A stretch of 64,000 bases of DNA from Mobula hypostoma (lineage: Eukaryota). The stretch is from assembly GCF_963921235.1 (NCBI RefSeq), contig NC_086100.1:200324001-200388000 (forward strand), in the 5' to 3' direction. Position 1 is the stretch's first letter. Each line of letters starts with the position of its first letter. The translations under genes and the position numbers were made by a program. This document shows positions 40,901 to 52,664 of the stretch, in pieces. Under the pieces are notes generated by a model. That model made no database searches. It was given only the letters and a program-made list of their open reading frames with translations, and had not been told where the DNA came from.

Positions 40901-42708
40901 TAGAAAAATAGTTGGCTATGTGCGAGGGAAATTCCAGGCAGTCTCTGGAGTGGGTTACATGGTCAGCACAACATTGTGGGCCAAAGGGCCTGTAATGTGC
41001 TGTAAATTTCTATGTTCTATGTTCTATTAAGCTCCCTCATCAGATCTGGGTTATTACATAACACCCAATCCAGGATAAACTTTCCCCAAGTAAGCACAAG
41101 CACAAGGTGTTCTAAAATAAACGTCTCGTAGGCACTCAAACAAATTCCCTGTCTTGCGATCCAACACCAACCTGAGTTTCTCAATCCTCTTGCATATTGA
41201 AGTCCCTCATTACAATTGTGTCATTACTCTCATTACATGCCTTTTCTAGCTCCCCTTGCAATCTCAACCCCACATCTTGGGTACTGTTTGCAGGCCTATG
41301 TATGATCCCCAGAATGTTTTTTACCCTTGCAGTTTCTTCACTCCACCCACAAAGATTCAACATTCTCCGATCCTATGTCACCTCTTTCTAAAGTTGCAAT
41401 TCCATCTCTTACCAACAGAGCCACACCACCGCCTGCGCCTTCCTGCCTGTCCTTTCGATACGAAGTATATCACTTGATGTTAAGAACCCAACTAAGACCT
41501 TCTTTCAGTCACGACTCAGTGATGCCCACAATGTCATACCGACCAATCTCTAATTGTGCCAGGAGTTCATCCACCTTATTCCAAATGCTACACGCATTTA
41601 AATACAAAACCTTTAGTCCTGTATTCTTTGCCCTTTGCAATTTTGCCTCTGAGGTACAATTTAACTCTTTGCTCTGTCTGCACTCAATCATTGGCCTGTC
41701 CTTCTTTACATTCACGTCACACCCATCATCTACTTGTAAACCTGCTGGCTCATCCTCAACTCTATCATACTGGTTCCCATCCTGTGTTCTAGGTTCTAAT
41801 TGTGTGGCCCCTTCTGTGGAGACTTGAACATTCCCCTCATCACAGTCATGAACAGCCCACCCCTTACAGTCAGCCTGTGCCCTGGTCCTAGACTCATTAG
41901 CCAGTGGGAACATCCTCCCTGTATCCAGCAATGTTAAACTCTGTACTCATTTCAGTGAGATCACAACTCATTCTTCTAACCCCCAGTGAACAGAGGGCTG
42001 GCCTACTCAACTTCTACTGATATGACAGAGTCACCAACACATGGACCTGAAACACTGACCCTGTTTCTCTCTCCACAGACGCTGTCTGACCTGCTGAGTA
42101 TTTCAACGATTCTCTGATTTCACTCCGGAAAAAGATCTGCATAGTCTTCATTACACTCCCTCAAGAGAAAGTCCATTGTTCACTTAGTAAGAATAACAAG
42201 TTTGTACCCAGTCCTCCTGGTGTGGTGTCACCAAGGCCAGGTATAATTCTGTGACCAATTCCAGGTTGCCATGGTGATCACCTACTGACAGTACTCAGTA
42301 CACACGGTGCCAGGACAACGAGACCTGACAGAGGATCACCAGCCAGAGGCACGGAACCATTCAGCCCTGTGATCCTGGGACAGGAACTGTGTGTTCCAGT
42401 AGGACATCAGGCACAGCAAATATCCTGGACAGCAATCGAATCAAAACAATAAATCTTTGGAGACTAGTTTTACATTGTGGGAATTTAAGGATCAGAACAG
42501 TACACCTATTCCCAGAACATCCCGATCAACACGCCGAGCTCCGAACCAGCCCCACCACTGAGAAAGAAAACACAGATTCCAGGAGAACACAGAGCATATC
42601 AGAGACGATGACGAGCATTTTACCAGCTGAAAATAATGAGTCTGAAAATCTCAGCCTCCCACAAATTGTAAAGGATTTGGGATTGCAGGATCATTACCCT
42701 CACAAACT
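37998..42708. repeat. Outer right arm of inverted segmental duplication (pairs with 1-4776)
   Basis: Same nested TE junctions in reverse order and orientation as 1-4776. Confidence 0.95.
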
Positions 42709-45700
42709 GTCCTTAAAGACCATGCGGGAGGTGTCCCAGGATAAACTGGAAGACAGCAAACCAACTCGTGCAGAAGATCTTCCTTGGCAATTTCTCAGAA
42801 GGATCCTCGCAGCCAATTCACTGGCGAGGAATCCCGAATGGCCACCTGATCTGTCCTCGGACGCTGAGGATGCTCATGATGAAGACTTCAGTGATTCCTT
42901 TGAAGTTACAGCACCAGGGGATCGTGAGATAAATCCTCTTGATATCATTGCTGCCATTTTCCTCTGTGCTGACCACTTTCTCCAGCAGGAACTGATGCTG
43001 AAGATGTCTCTGTGCCAGTTTGCATTACCCTTTCTGATGCCAGACACACACAGTCACCCCATGAACAAGGTGAGGGGACCCACAGAAGGGTCTGGTGCCA
43101 CCCTTCTCCTCTGGGCCATGAGGCCCATTGTTAAAACATGGTGCCCACATTCTCCTACAGACAGTAGCCCCATTGTGGAGGTGCCCATCGTGACAGCAGC
43201 CATGCCAACGGTGTCCTTCCTCAGACTGGGAAGGTGCACAGTGTCCAAATCCCGAATCCTCAATCTCACCCTGAGTCAGGCACAGCTGCAGCAGAACATC
43301 TTCCTGCACTCCGAGATGGAATGTGGGAATGTGCCCCGCAGGATATCCGATGGAATGGCTGAGATCAGCTGGTATCTCCCTTCTGGGAAGAGTAACACGG
43401 ATATTTTCCCAGAGGCTGCTGCATTCATTAACCTCCGAGGTGATGCTGAAACTTCCCAGAGAAACGCTCAGTTTCTCGTGAAAGTATCTGCTGCTCTCTT
43501 TATTTTCATTGACGTTATCGGTGAGAAAGAAAGAGAATTCCTCACCTCTCTCACACAGTCACCAGCAAAACTTTTTCTCATAGTCAACACCCACATCAAT
43601 CAGCAACACAAAACCCCTGAGCAGGTGAAGAAACTTTTCAAAGATCTAAAGTTAGAACGTCCACAGTGGATTGTTCGGACAAATGTAAATGAGGCTAAAC
43701 TTGTGGAAAAGCTCCGTTCTCAGATCAAACAAGTAATTCTAATGAGGGACAGGGACCAGACCTTGCTGAGCTTGGAGCAAATGGCTGACATTGCGATGGA
43801 AAGTGGGATTGGGGTCGATGAACGTCAAACTGAAATACAACGAGCCAAGGAACTGACCAAAATACTGGACAGACTTGACTCAGGAGGCATTACTGGGTAT
43901 AAAAGGAGAGTGTTGCCCTTTCATGGAGAGCCCTGGCAAGGGTTGTCTAAAGTTGAAAAAGAGAAATCTCGGATGAAACACCGTGGGGACAGAACCACAG
44001 AAGTGTATAACCAGGAACTGGACCGGGAGAAGAACAGAATCCGGGAATCTCAGCTCAGACAGAGTCTGTCGGAAGAGATGTGGCTGTTCATTGAACACCT
44101 CACCCGTCATGGTGGGGTTGACAGAGCCATTTCCCTACAGTGGCTGAAGCTGGAGCTGGACAGTAAATCACAGGAAATTATGGCAGGATTGCGTAGAATT
44201 TATAAAGAACTGTGCAAAGACTCAAAGCAGAAGGTGATGGAACTGAAGGATTTGGATCAGAAGATGTCTGATAGTTCCCTGGGACTCGAGCATTTCATGA
44301 GGGAACTTGGCCAGGTTTATGAACTTTCAGTGACTCGACACAACATCACCCGAAGGACACAGCTCCACCCAAAGGTGTCGCAGTTCCCAGGTGTTGCTGC
44401 TGAACTGTTGCTGGAAGGGTTCCCATTGGAACTCATCGATGGAGATGTTTCCAACGTTCCCGTTCCATGGATCACTGCCGTACTCACGGAAGTTGCTGAC
44501 AAAGTGGGAAGAGCTTGCCGAGTGTTTGTGCTGACGGTGATTGGAGTTCAGAGCACGGGCAAGTCCACACTCCTCAACACAATGTTCTGTTTGCGGTTCG
44601 CTGTGAGCAGCGGCCGATGTACTCGAGGGGCCTACATGCAGTTGATCAAAGTCACAGGGAGCCTGGCCAAGGAGCTGGACTGTGAGTTCATCCTCGTCAT
44701 TGACACAGAGGGGCTGAGAGTCCCAGAACTCGCAACACTGACAGACAGCTACGAGCACGACAATGAGCTGGCAACGTTCGTGGTTGGATTAAGCAACTTA
44801 ACATTGGTAAACATCGGGATGGAAAATCTGTCAGAGATGAAAGATATTTTACAGATTGTTGTTCATTCCTTAATCCGCATGAGGGAGACAGGAAAAGGGA
44901 AAAGGTGCATATTTGTGCACCAGAACGTCGGCGATGTGAGTGCGCACGATCAGAATCTGAGAGGCCGTCAGAAACTCCTGGAACAGCTGGATAAGATGAC
45001 AGAGGTTGCAGCAAAGCTGGAGAAGGTAGACCGAGTAACGTTCCGTGATGTGATGGACTATGATGCTGACAAGGACAACTGGTACATCCCTGGTCTGTGG
45101 CATGGTACACCCCCAATGGCTGCAGTCAACACCGGCTACAGTGAACACGTCTCCCAACTGAAGAACAACCTAATTCAGTGTCTAATCCAACAGAGAAAAT
45201 CCCAAGGAGCTTTCACTATCCCGGACTTTATCAAATGGATGGCTGGGCTTTGGGAGCAGGTGAAACATGAAAATTTCATTTTCAACTTCCAGAACAGTCT
45301 GTTCGCAGAGGCTTACAACCACCTGTCCGTGAAGTACAAGGACTGGGAGTGGGAACTCCACAAATTCACTCACTCCTGGGGATATGAGGCTGAAAACAGA
45401 ATCAGCAATGTCAAAGGAGATCTCACCGAACTGCTCCATAATCTGGAGAGGGAGATCAGGACAGAGATGAACAAAAGGGAGGGTGACACTCTGGATAAAC
45501 TACAAGCTCTGTATGAAAGTGGGGCTGATAACGTGCATCTGATGGAGAAATACAGAGAGGAATTTAAGCTCAGCATCTCCAGTTTATGCAGCCGGCTTCA
45601 GCACGATTCAATGCAGAGATGTAGAGATGCCGTGAATAGACGGGTGGGGCTGCAGAGAGTGGATAATATTTGGAATAACTTTCACAAGAAGATTGGAGAA

Positions 45701-47431
45701 CAGGTGGAGAAGCTTTTACAGAAGTGTAAAGCAGCAAATCGGGTGTTGGGTGAATGGGAATTGCAAACTGAATTTGTAAGAATGTGGAAAAGTACACTCT
45801 CTCAGCTGGAGTATCAGCCCTGCAGAGAAAGATACATTGAACTGGAGATTGAAAATCTTCTCAGACAGGAAACAAAAACTCAAGGGAGAGTCATTAATCA
45901 AAAGCTGAAAGGTAAAAATCTCTGTGAACTGGGAACCCAGTACTTTCAGATTGAAGAGAAACATATCAACGTGTCATATTGGAGACAGGGTGCAGGTAAA
46001 CTCATTCCATTCGGATTGAAATCAGATCTCAATCAAGCAGCAATGATTACAAAGCCCATCGAGGATGAATGCAGACATTGGATCACCGATATCATAAAAA
46101 AGGACATGGATTATGACAATAAATATTGCATTGAATTTTTGAATGGTATAGAGGGAAAAGTTGACAATATTTCACATCAACACTTCTCAATGTCTGAGGT
46201 TTTCAAGGCTGAGTTTAAACTTCACCTGTGTGGTTACGCCGCAACAAGATTCCAGGAGATGCACAGGAGGTTCATTCACAAACACGACCCACGGAGAAGA
46301 CTGGAAAACATGAAAAGTAAATACTTTGATCTCTTCATGGATATTTACACAAAGCAAGATGAGAACCAGAGACAAGCAGATCGATTTGTGAAATCTTGTT
46401 TCTTGCCAGCTCTCCGAGACGCCACCCTCAAGAGTCTCAGTGTGAAAATCGTGGATGATATGAGAAAACATGACCCTGAACGAAAGTACAGTCTCCGCAA
46501 CAACTTCACTGTGGCCCTCCTGGTCCACCTGAAACAAACACATCAATTTGATAAATATCTCCAGTATATCAGAGACTTTGAGAATTTCGCCAAAGACTGG
46601 CTCCATCAGCAAGTTATTAAACACTGCAAGACAGAACGTGATGGAGAGAGCACATTTACCCATCTGGCTAAAGAAATCCTCACAGAGATCACTGGGCAAG
46701 CTAAGGACATTGTTCGGGATGCAGTGAAACAGAACTTTGCTGGAAATGCTCAGAGCTTCCTAAACACGTTTGTTGAAAAGTTAAACACAAGAATCTCAAT
46801 GCCCAAAGATGAGATGAAACTCGTTCTGTTTCGGAGTGGCAATGATGGGAAGAAATGTGCGGAAGCCATTCTGCCATGTATTGAAAAGGTGGAGCAGGAT
46901 CTCCTCCGTGAGGTAAAAGGCTGGGATGTCAAAGCAAAGATTGAAGAATTATCCATGAAACCCAGGGAGGAGTTGTTCAAAGGGTTATTCAATTGTACAA
47001 AGCAATGTCCTTTCTGTGGGGTTTTCTGTGACTCAGAGACCCCGGTACACTCACAACACTCTTGTAAACAGCACAGACCTGAAGGACTCAACAACCGTCA
47101 ATGGAAAAACAGTGAATGTCTTGTAACGGATATCTGCACAGCTTCAGTTGCAAGTGATGCAAGATTCCGAAATAAAGACACAAATGGGAAATTCTATCCC
47201 TACAAGAATTATCGAACAGTCAATGATTACTACAAATCCTGGATTATCCAACGGGAAATTTCCGCACAGGCAGCATCCTATTGGAAGAAGGTTTTCTACA
47301 CTTTCAATCAGCAGTTTGCTGATGAATACAGAGCAAAGCCTGCAGAGATCGATGGAAGCTGGAACATTGACTGGGATGTGGTGAGGGAAGAAATGAATAA
47401 GACATATAATACAACCATTCAGTCTTGGTAA
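42608..47431 (+). CDS. GVIN1: Very large inducible GTPase (GVIN1/VLIG, URGCP-like), main coding exon, 1607 aa from the first ATG
   Basis: Uninterrupted 4.8-kb frame. P-loop GVQSTGKS (44543-44566), G2 RCTRG, G3 DTEG (44702-44713) and FVHQNV. Also the URGCP/GVIN N-terminal block NPLD..AIFLCADHFLQQELMLKMSLCQFALPFLMP and the C-terminal CPFC...C..HRPEGL motif. A long single coding exon is typical of the family. The symbol is family-level (GVIN1-like/URGCP-like), and the true start may lie in an upstream exon. Confidence 0.92.
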   Translation: MTSILPAENNESENLSLPQIVKDLGLQDHYPHKLSLKTMREVSQDKLEDSKPTRAEDLPWQFLRRILAANSLARNPEWPPDLSSDAEDAHDEDFSDSFEVTAPGDREINPLDIIAAIFLCADHFLQQELMLKMSLCQFALPFLMPDTHSHPMNKVRGPTEGSGATLLLWAMRPIVKTWCPHSPTDSSPIVEVPIVTAAMPTVSFLRLGRCTVSKSRILNLTLSQAQLQQNIFLHSEMECGNVPRRISDGMAEISWYLPSGKSNTDIFPEAAAFINLRGDAETSQRNAQFLVKVSAALFIFIDVIGEKEREFLTSLTQSPAKLFLIVNTHINQQHKTPEQVKKLFKDLKLERPQWIVRTNVNEAKLVEKLRSQIKQVILMRDRDQTLLSLEQMADIAMESGIGVDERQTEIQRAKELTKILDRLDSGGITGYKRRVLPFHGEPWQGLSKVEKEKSRMKHRGDRTTEVYNQELDREKNRIRESQLRQSLSEEMWLFIEHLTRHGGVDRAISLQWLKLELDSKSQEIMAGLRRIYKELCKDSKQKVMELKDLDQKMSDSSLGLEHFMRELGQVYELSVTRHNITRRTQLHPKVSQFPGVAAELLLEGFPLELIDGDVSNVPVPWITAVLTEVADKVGRACRVFVLTVIGVQSTGKSTLLNTMFCLRFAVSSGRCTRGAYMQLIKVTGSLAKELDCEFILVIDTEGLRVPELATLTDSYEHDNELATFVVGLSNLTLVNIGMENLSEMKDILQIVVHSLIRMRETGKGKRCIFVHQNVGDVSAHDQNLRGRQKLLEQLDKMTEVAAKLEKVDRVTFRDVMDYDADKDNWYIPGLWHGTPPMAAVNTGYSEHVSQLKNNLIQCLIQQRKSQGAFTIPDFIKWMAGLWEQVKHENFIFNFQNSLFAEAYNHLSVKYKDWEWELHKFTHSWGYEAENRISNVKGDLTELLHNLEREIRTEMNKREGDTLDKLQALYESGADNVHLMEKYREEFKLSISSLCSRLQHDSMQRCRDAVNRRVGLQRVDNIWNNFHKKIGEQVEKLLQKCKAANRVLGEWELQTEFVRMWKSTLSQLEYQPCRERYIELEIENLLRQETKTQGRVINQKLKGKNLCELGTQYFQIEEKHINVSYWRQGAGKLIPFGLKSDLNQAAMITKPIEDECRHWITDIIKKDMDYDNKYCIEFLNGIEGKVDNISHQHFSMSEVFKAEFKLHLCGYAATRFQEMHRRFIHKHDPRRRLENMKSKYFDLFMDIYTKQDENQRQADRFVKSCFLPALRDATLKSLSVKIVDDMRKHDPERKYSLRNNFTVALLVHLKQTHQFDKYLQYIRDFENFAKDWLHQQVIKHCKTERDGESTFTHLAKEILTEITGQAKDIVRDAVKQNFAGNAQSFLNTFVEKLNTRISMPKDEMKLVLFRSGNDGKKCAEAILPCIEKVEQDLLREVKGWDVKAKIEELSMKPREELFKGLFNCTKQCPFCGVFCDSETPVHSQHSCKQHRPEGLNNRQWKNSECLVTDICTASVASDARFRNKDTNGKFYPYKNYRTVNDYYKSWIIQREISAQAASYWKKVFYTFNQQFADEYRAKPAEIDGSWNIDWDVVREEMNKTYNTTIQSW

Positions 47432-47992
47432 TGTCACTTTAAATATCGTTACTCTCTGTCTCGGAAGGATTGGGCAGAGTAAATCACAGTGTGTTCAAAT
47501 CCAAATCGCATCACAAATCATCAAAAGAATCAGCAGAGCAGAAGGAATGTTTTTGATTGATAGTTTATCAAATCAGGGAATAATTGATGAATCAGATCAG
47601 GGATCAATGAGAAGTATTTCTGGAGAGAGGTAACAGGTATCCAGAGGGTAGGGACAAAATGTGAGGGTGGAGGGTAGGAAATGAGGACCTAGTGCCGGAA
47701 TTGAGGTGCTTTGAGTGATGGGGTCAGGGGAACTCCAAAGAGGGACTGACATACTGTATAGGTTGACGAGGGGAAGAGGGATATTGTGAGGGTGGATTGA
47801 AGTATAGGGTGGGGGAATTAAGGGAGATGGTGAAGAGGGATTGAGGAATATAGTGAGGAGGGAAGTGATTAAAAGCCATTTCAGAAGGTAGAGGAGGATT
47901 GATGGATAGGGTGAGGTGGGGTTGAGGGGATGGAGTGAGGAGAGATTGAGGGATGCGTGAGGCAGGATTGAGGGATAGGGTGAGGCAGTATT

Positions 47993-48379
47993 CATAGTCA
48001 TAGTCATACTTTATTGATCCCGGGGGAAATTGGTTTTCGTTACAGTTGCACCATAAATAATAAATAGTAATAGAACCATAAATAGTTAAATAGTAATATG
48101 TAAATTATGCCAGTAAATTATGAAATAAGTCCAGGACCGGCCTATCGGCACAGGGTGTCTGACCCTCCAAGGGAGGAGTTGTAAAGTTTGATGGCCACAG
48201 GCAGGAATGACTTCCTATGACGCTCTGTGCTGCATCTCGGAGGAATGAGTCTCTGGCTGAATGTACTCCTGTGCCCACCCAGTACATTATGTAGTGGATG
48301 GGAGACATTGACCAAGATGGCATTCAATTTAGACAGCATCCTCTTTTCAGACACCACCGTGAGAGAGTCCAGTTCCATC
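47993..48379 (-). mobile_element. Rex1/Babar-type LINE 3' end with (ATGACT)n tail and 7-bp TSD
   Basis: SHPLH..RCSTERHRKSFLPVAIKLYN. TSD cagtatt at 47986-47992 and 48380-48386. The same tail family occurs on + at about 58480-58640. Confidence 0.8.
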
Positions 48380-48569
48380 CAGTATTGAGGAATAGGGTGA
48401 GAAGAGAAGTGATTAAAAACCATTTCAGAAGGTAGAGGAGGATTGAGAGACAGTCAGAAAGTGTGATGCTCGAAGAGATTCTAAAGATATATCAGAGAGC
48501 AGCAGGCTGTTCAGCCCATCAAGTCTATAATGTTGTTCATCAACGACATGGCTGGTCTTCTACATCGAG

Positions 48570-50470
48570 CATAATAGCACAGAAACAAACCCTTTGGCCC
48601 ATCTAGTCCATGCTGACTCAATCTTCTCCCTGGTCTCATCTACCTGCAACTGAAACGTCTCCTTCCAAACCCCTCCTATTCATGTAAGTATGCAAACTAC
48701 CCTGAAATTTTATAATTAAACCCACATCTACCACTTCCACTGGCATCTCATTCCACACTTGTACCACCTTCTGAGTGAAAAAGTCTCCCTCATGTTCCCC
48801 TTAAATATTTTACCTATCACCCAAAATCTATGAACTAATCTCACCCAACCTCAGGGAGAAATCCTGCTGGCATGCAGCTCAATTGTGTACACCTCACATT
48901 CTCCTACATTCATGGTCAATAAAGTCCTCACCTACTCACCCTTTCCCCATAACCCAGGTCCTCAAGTCCTGGCAACATCCTTGTAAATTGTCTCTGCTCT
49001 CTTTCAAGCTTATTAATATCTTTCCTGTGGGGAGATGACCAGAACTGCACACAATACTCAAAATTAGCCTCTCCAAAGTGTTGTCCAACTTCCAAATCCC
49101 AACTCCTGTCCTGATTTATGAAGGACAACGTGCCAAACACTCTCTTTGTGACCCTATCTACCTGTGATGGCCACTTTCAATGATGGCTCTCTATTTCCAT
49201 GTCCCTTTGTTCTACATCAACACAATTCCCTCCCTTCTCACGATATCCCTGATCCCTTTCATTCCAAGAAATCTGTTGATCTTGTGTTGAGCCCAGCCAG
49301 TCCCTGAGCCTGTCTCTACAGCTCCAGGGTGGAGAATCCCAATGATTCATCATCCCCAGTGAAGATGTCTATCCTCACTTCAGTCCCTGATGGCCTCCCC
49401 CTTAGTCTGCCCTCTCACTCTGGACCCCTCTGTCACAGAGACCATCCTCTTTGCCTCTGCCCTGTGAAGCCCCTCAGGATTTTACGTCCCCCAGGTCCTG
49501 CCTCATTCTTCCAAACTGCCAGGAGTCCGTGACCAGCCGACTCAGTCTCTCCTCATGTGTCAGAGCTGCCGTCCCAGGAACCGGTCAGGTGAAGCTTTGA
49601 TGCTCTACCCCTGTGCTGGGTACATCTTTTACAGACAAGGACACTAACCCTTTCCCCAGTACCCTGGGTGCAGTCACACCGAGACTCTCTATAGTCACAG
49701 TGGGTCATCCTTCCTCAAATCTCCTTGCATTAAAGGCCAACGTTTCCATCTTACCTGCCTGCAGTCTGTGCATGTTGGCTGCCAGTGACCGGTGTACAAG
49801 GTCACCCAGGTTCCTGTGAACGTGAACATTCCCCAGTCCCTCACCATTTAAACAATGGTCAGTGTTTCTGTTTCTCTCCCCATTTTCTACACTGGCTCCA
49901 TCTGCCCCGCCGGTGCCCTTTCACTTATTGTCTTTATCCCCTTGTAACCTCTTTGCCCCTCATCTCCACTCACTTCCCATTTCAGCAAACCTGCAAATGT
50001 TACTTTTGGTCTCCTCAGGCAAATAACTGACTGTGAATAACTGGGGCCCAAGCATTGATCCCTGTCTGAAACACCGCACGGATCACAGACCAGTCATGTG
50101 AGAAGGACCCATTCCTTCCTACCATTTCCTTTCTCTGCATTAACCAATGTTCAGTCCATGCTGGAATTCTCTCCCAGTTCCAAGTGCTCTTGTCTTCTCT
50201 CCCCAACTCCATGTGCTCTAAACTTGTTCACCAATCTCCAGTGAGAGACCTTCTCAGTAACCTTCTGAAAATCCAAATACATCGCATCTACTGGTTCCCC
50301 CCAATGACTTCACTCGATACTTCCCCAAAGACCAGTCAAATGTGACTTCCATTTCATTAATCCACGCTGACTCGACTCACTCATAATATTTTCAACGACC
50401 TTGATATAACATCCTTCGTTATAGATTCCACCATTTCTCCGAATGCCAGTGACAGGCTAACAGTTTGGTA
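48570..50470 (-). mobile_element. Old, highly decayed CR1 fragments
   Basis: FEYCVQFWS and QFTRMLPGL remnants; ccttctgaaaatccaa (LDFQK) near 50262. Confidence 0.65.
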
Positions 50471-51306
50471 GCTCACTGTTTTCTCTCTGCCTCCACTCTG
50501 GAGGAGTTCAGAGAGTCTGTGGTCTGGTGACCTGACCCACTGAGTTCCAGCAGCTCGTTTTTCATCCCAGATTCCAGTCGCTGCAGTCCCGTGTGTTCCC
50601 AGCAGACATCACTGAGTAGTTTCAGCAGGCAGCTCATTCCCTTCAGCACATTGAATAAAGCACTCTGCCCACACACTGTTTCTCCTCCTTCAGATGCTGC
50701 CTGACCTGCTGAGCATTTCCAGATTTCCAGCCTCTGCAGTTCTTTCATTGTCACTGACTCTGTTTGACCGTGTGAGATTTTCTAAATACCTTGTCATCGT
50801 TCCTTTAGTGTGTGTTCAGCATTTTCCCAGTGACAGAAATCAAGACACTGAGTTTCCTGCTTTCTACCTCCGTCCTTTCTGAAATGGGATCCTTACATTT
50901 GTAGTTTTCCAATCAGCTGGGCCCATCCCAACTCTGGGAAATCCTGGAACATCCCAACAAAGTGGAACTCCAACATTGGAACATGGAACAGTGTGTCACA
51001 GTACAGGCCTTTTCCCCATGAGATTGTGCCAACACTTTAAACAACTCCAAGATCAATCTAACCCCTCCCTCCCACATAGCCCTCCACTGTCCTATCACCC
51101 ATTGCCTGTCTAAGAGACTATTAAATGCCCCCAATGTGTCTGCCTCTACCACCACCCCAGGAGTGTGTTCCACACACCCACCACTCTCTGTGTAAAAATA
51201 ACTTACATCTGAAATCTCTCCTGTACTTTCCTCCCAACACTTTAAAGTTATGCCCCTCGTATTAGCCACTTCACCCTGAGGAAAAGTCTTTTACAAAGAT
51301 GCTCAA

Positions 51307-51660
51307 TGTAGATCTGATAAATAAATGTGAATGTCTGGGAGCTTTGGGAAGAAATGTATAAAAAGGTGCCGGACAAGATCACCGACAGCACTGACTCCGG
51401 AGACAACCAGTGAAGAAGACCCTGAGTCAGGGACTCGGAAAAGAACTCACGGTGAACCTTGGCCAGGTTCATCTGGGGTGGGGAACACCTGAACGGGGCG
51501 CTGGGTTTTGGGAGTTGTGAAAGTAAACTAAAGAGTTAACGTTTGAATTGTGTAATTACCCCTTGAACAAATCCTGATCAATAAAGACAACAGTTATTGG
51601 GCAGTCATCGTCTGGTATGTTCTATCATGTGTTGTCTTTAACTGGGAATAGGGTTCACCA
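51307..51660 (+). mobile_element. Possible LTR fragment
   Basis: TG start, TATAAAA at about 51357, AATAAA at about 51579, CA end. No TSD found. Confidence 0.35.
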
Positions 51661-52486
51661 GTGAAGTTCACTTTGTGATCAGAAAGCCGTGGAAATGTCG
51701 AGCTAAATGTGAGACAAAAGACAACAGTCCAATCCTAGAGGATGTACATTCAAGTGGGGTGGGGGTAGAGTTTAAAGGAGATGTGTCCGAGATTCAGTAT
51801 GTGGGAGAGAGGCCAGAAGCAGGGAGTGAACAAGATTCTCGTCACTCGGGACCAGTTGGAATTTTTACATTCCCATTATCTAATGATTCACGGCTGGAGG
51901 TACAACTGGCGGCTGTGACCTTGCTGAGTTCAAAAAGGTCAACGTTTCAGAACTTGTTCCTGTGGAAATACAGACATACTCCAGAATATCAGAGTACGCT
52001 TCTGATAACATTCCACCATCCATACCCTCCCTGATCTATACCAATGAGTAATATTTATTTAGGATCTCTCTCAGACTGCTGTGACCTTGCTGTGTTCACA
52101 AAAGGTCAACGTTTCAGAACTTGTACCTGTGGAAATGACTCTTTGTTGTTCTGGGCCCAGATATCACTGTGACTCTGTAACTGCGCTCAAGTCTGGAATG
52201 CTGAATGGGTCGACTGGAATTAAATCTACCTCGTTACGATCTTGCCCTTTATTTATCTACAATGCACTTTCTCTGTAGCTGTTACACTTTATTCTGCATT
52301 CAGTGACAAACAAGAGAAAATCTGCAGATGCTGGAAATACAATCAAATGTGTGTTCTGCATTCAGTTATTGTTTTACATTGATCTACCTCAATGCACTGT
52401 GAAAAAGTGTTATACAAACTCTAAGGTCTTCGGGTGGATACGTCACCTGGGCCACATTGTTTGTCAATGATTTAGATAATGGCATT

Positions 52487-52664
52487 CGCAAACACGAGGA
52501 AATCTGCAGATGCTGGAATTTCAAGCAACACACATAAAAGTTGCTGGTGAACGCAGCAGGCCAGGCAGCATCTCTTGGAAGAGGTATAGTCAATCTTTCA
52601 GGTTGAGACCCTTCGTCTCTTCCTAGAGATGCTGCCTCCTCCTGCGTTCACCAGCAACTTTTAT
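52487..52664. mobile_element. Penelope-derived repeat in self-inverted (hairpin) configuration inside a CR1 RT fragment
   Basis: Arms 52534-52583 and 52617-52664 are near reverse complements; a partial hammerhead lies between them on the - strand. Confidence 0.7.

Noticed and set aside
42389..42489. GTG-initiated N-terminal extension of the 1680-aa ORF
   Set aside because: It uses a non-ATG start, and the paralog has a 1-nt indel here (catttgtgg versus cattgtgg), so the frame is not conserved. Likely intron or UTR.
1..42708. Inverted duplication as a simple assembly artefact
   Set aside because: The arms differ by many substitutions and indels and by arm-specific insertions with TSDs.
43025..47437. 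Antisense and alternative-frame ORFs overlapping GVIN
   Set aside because: Shadows of the long coding frame with no recognisable motifs.
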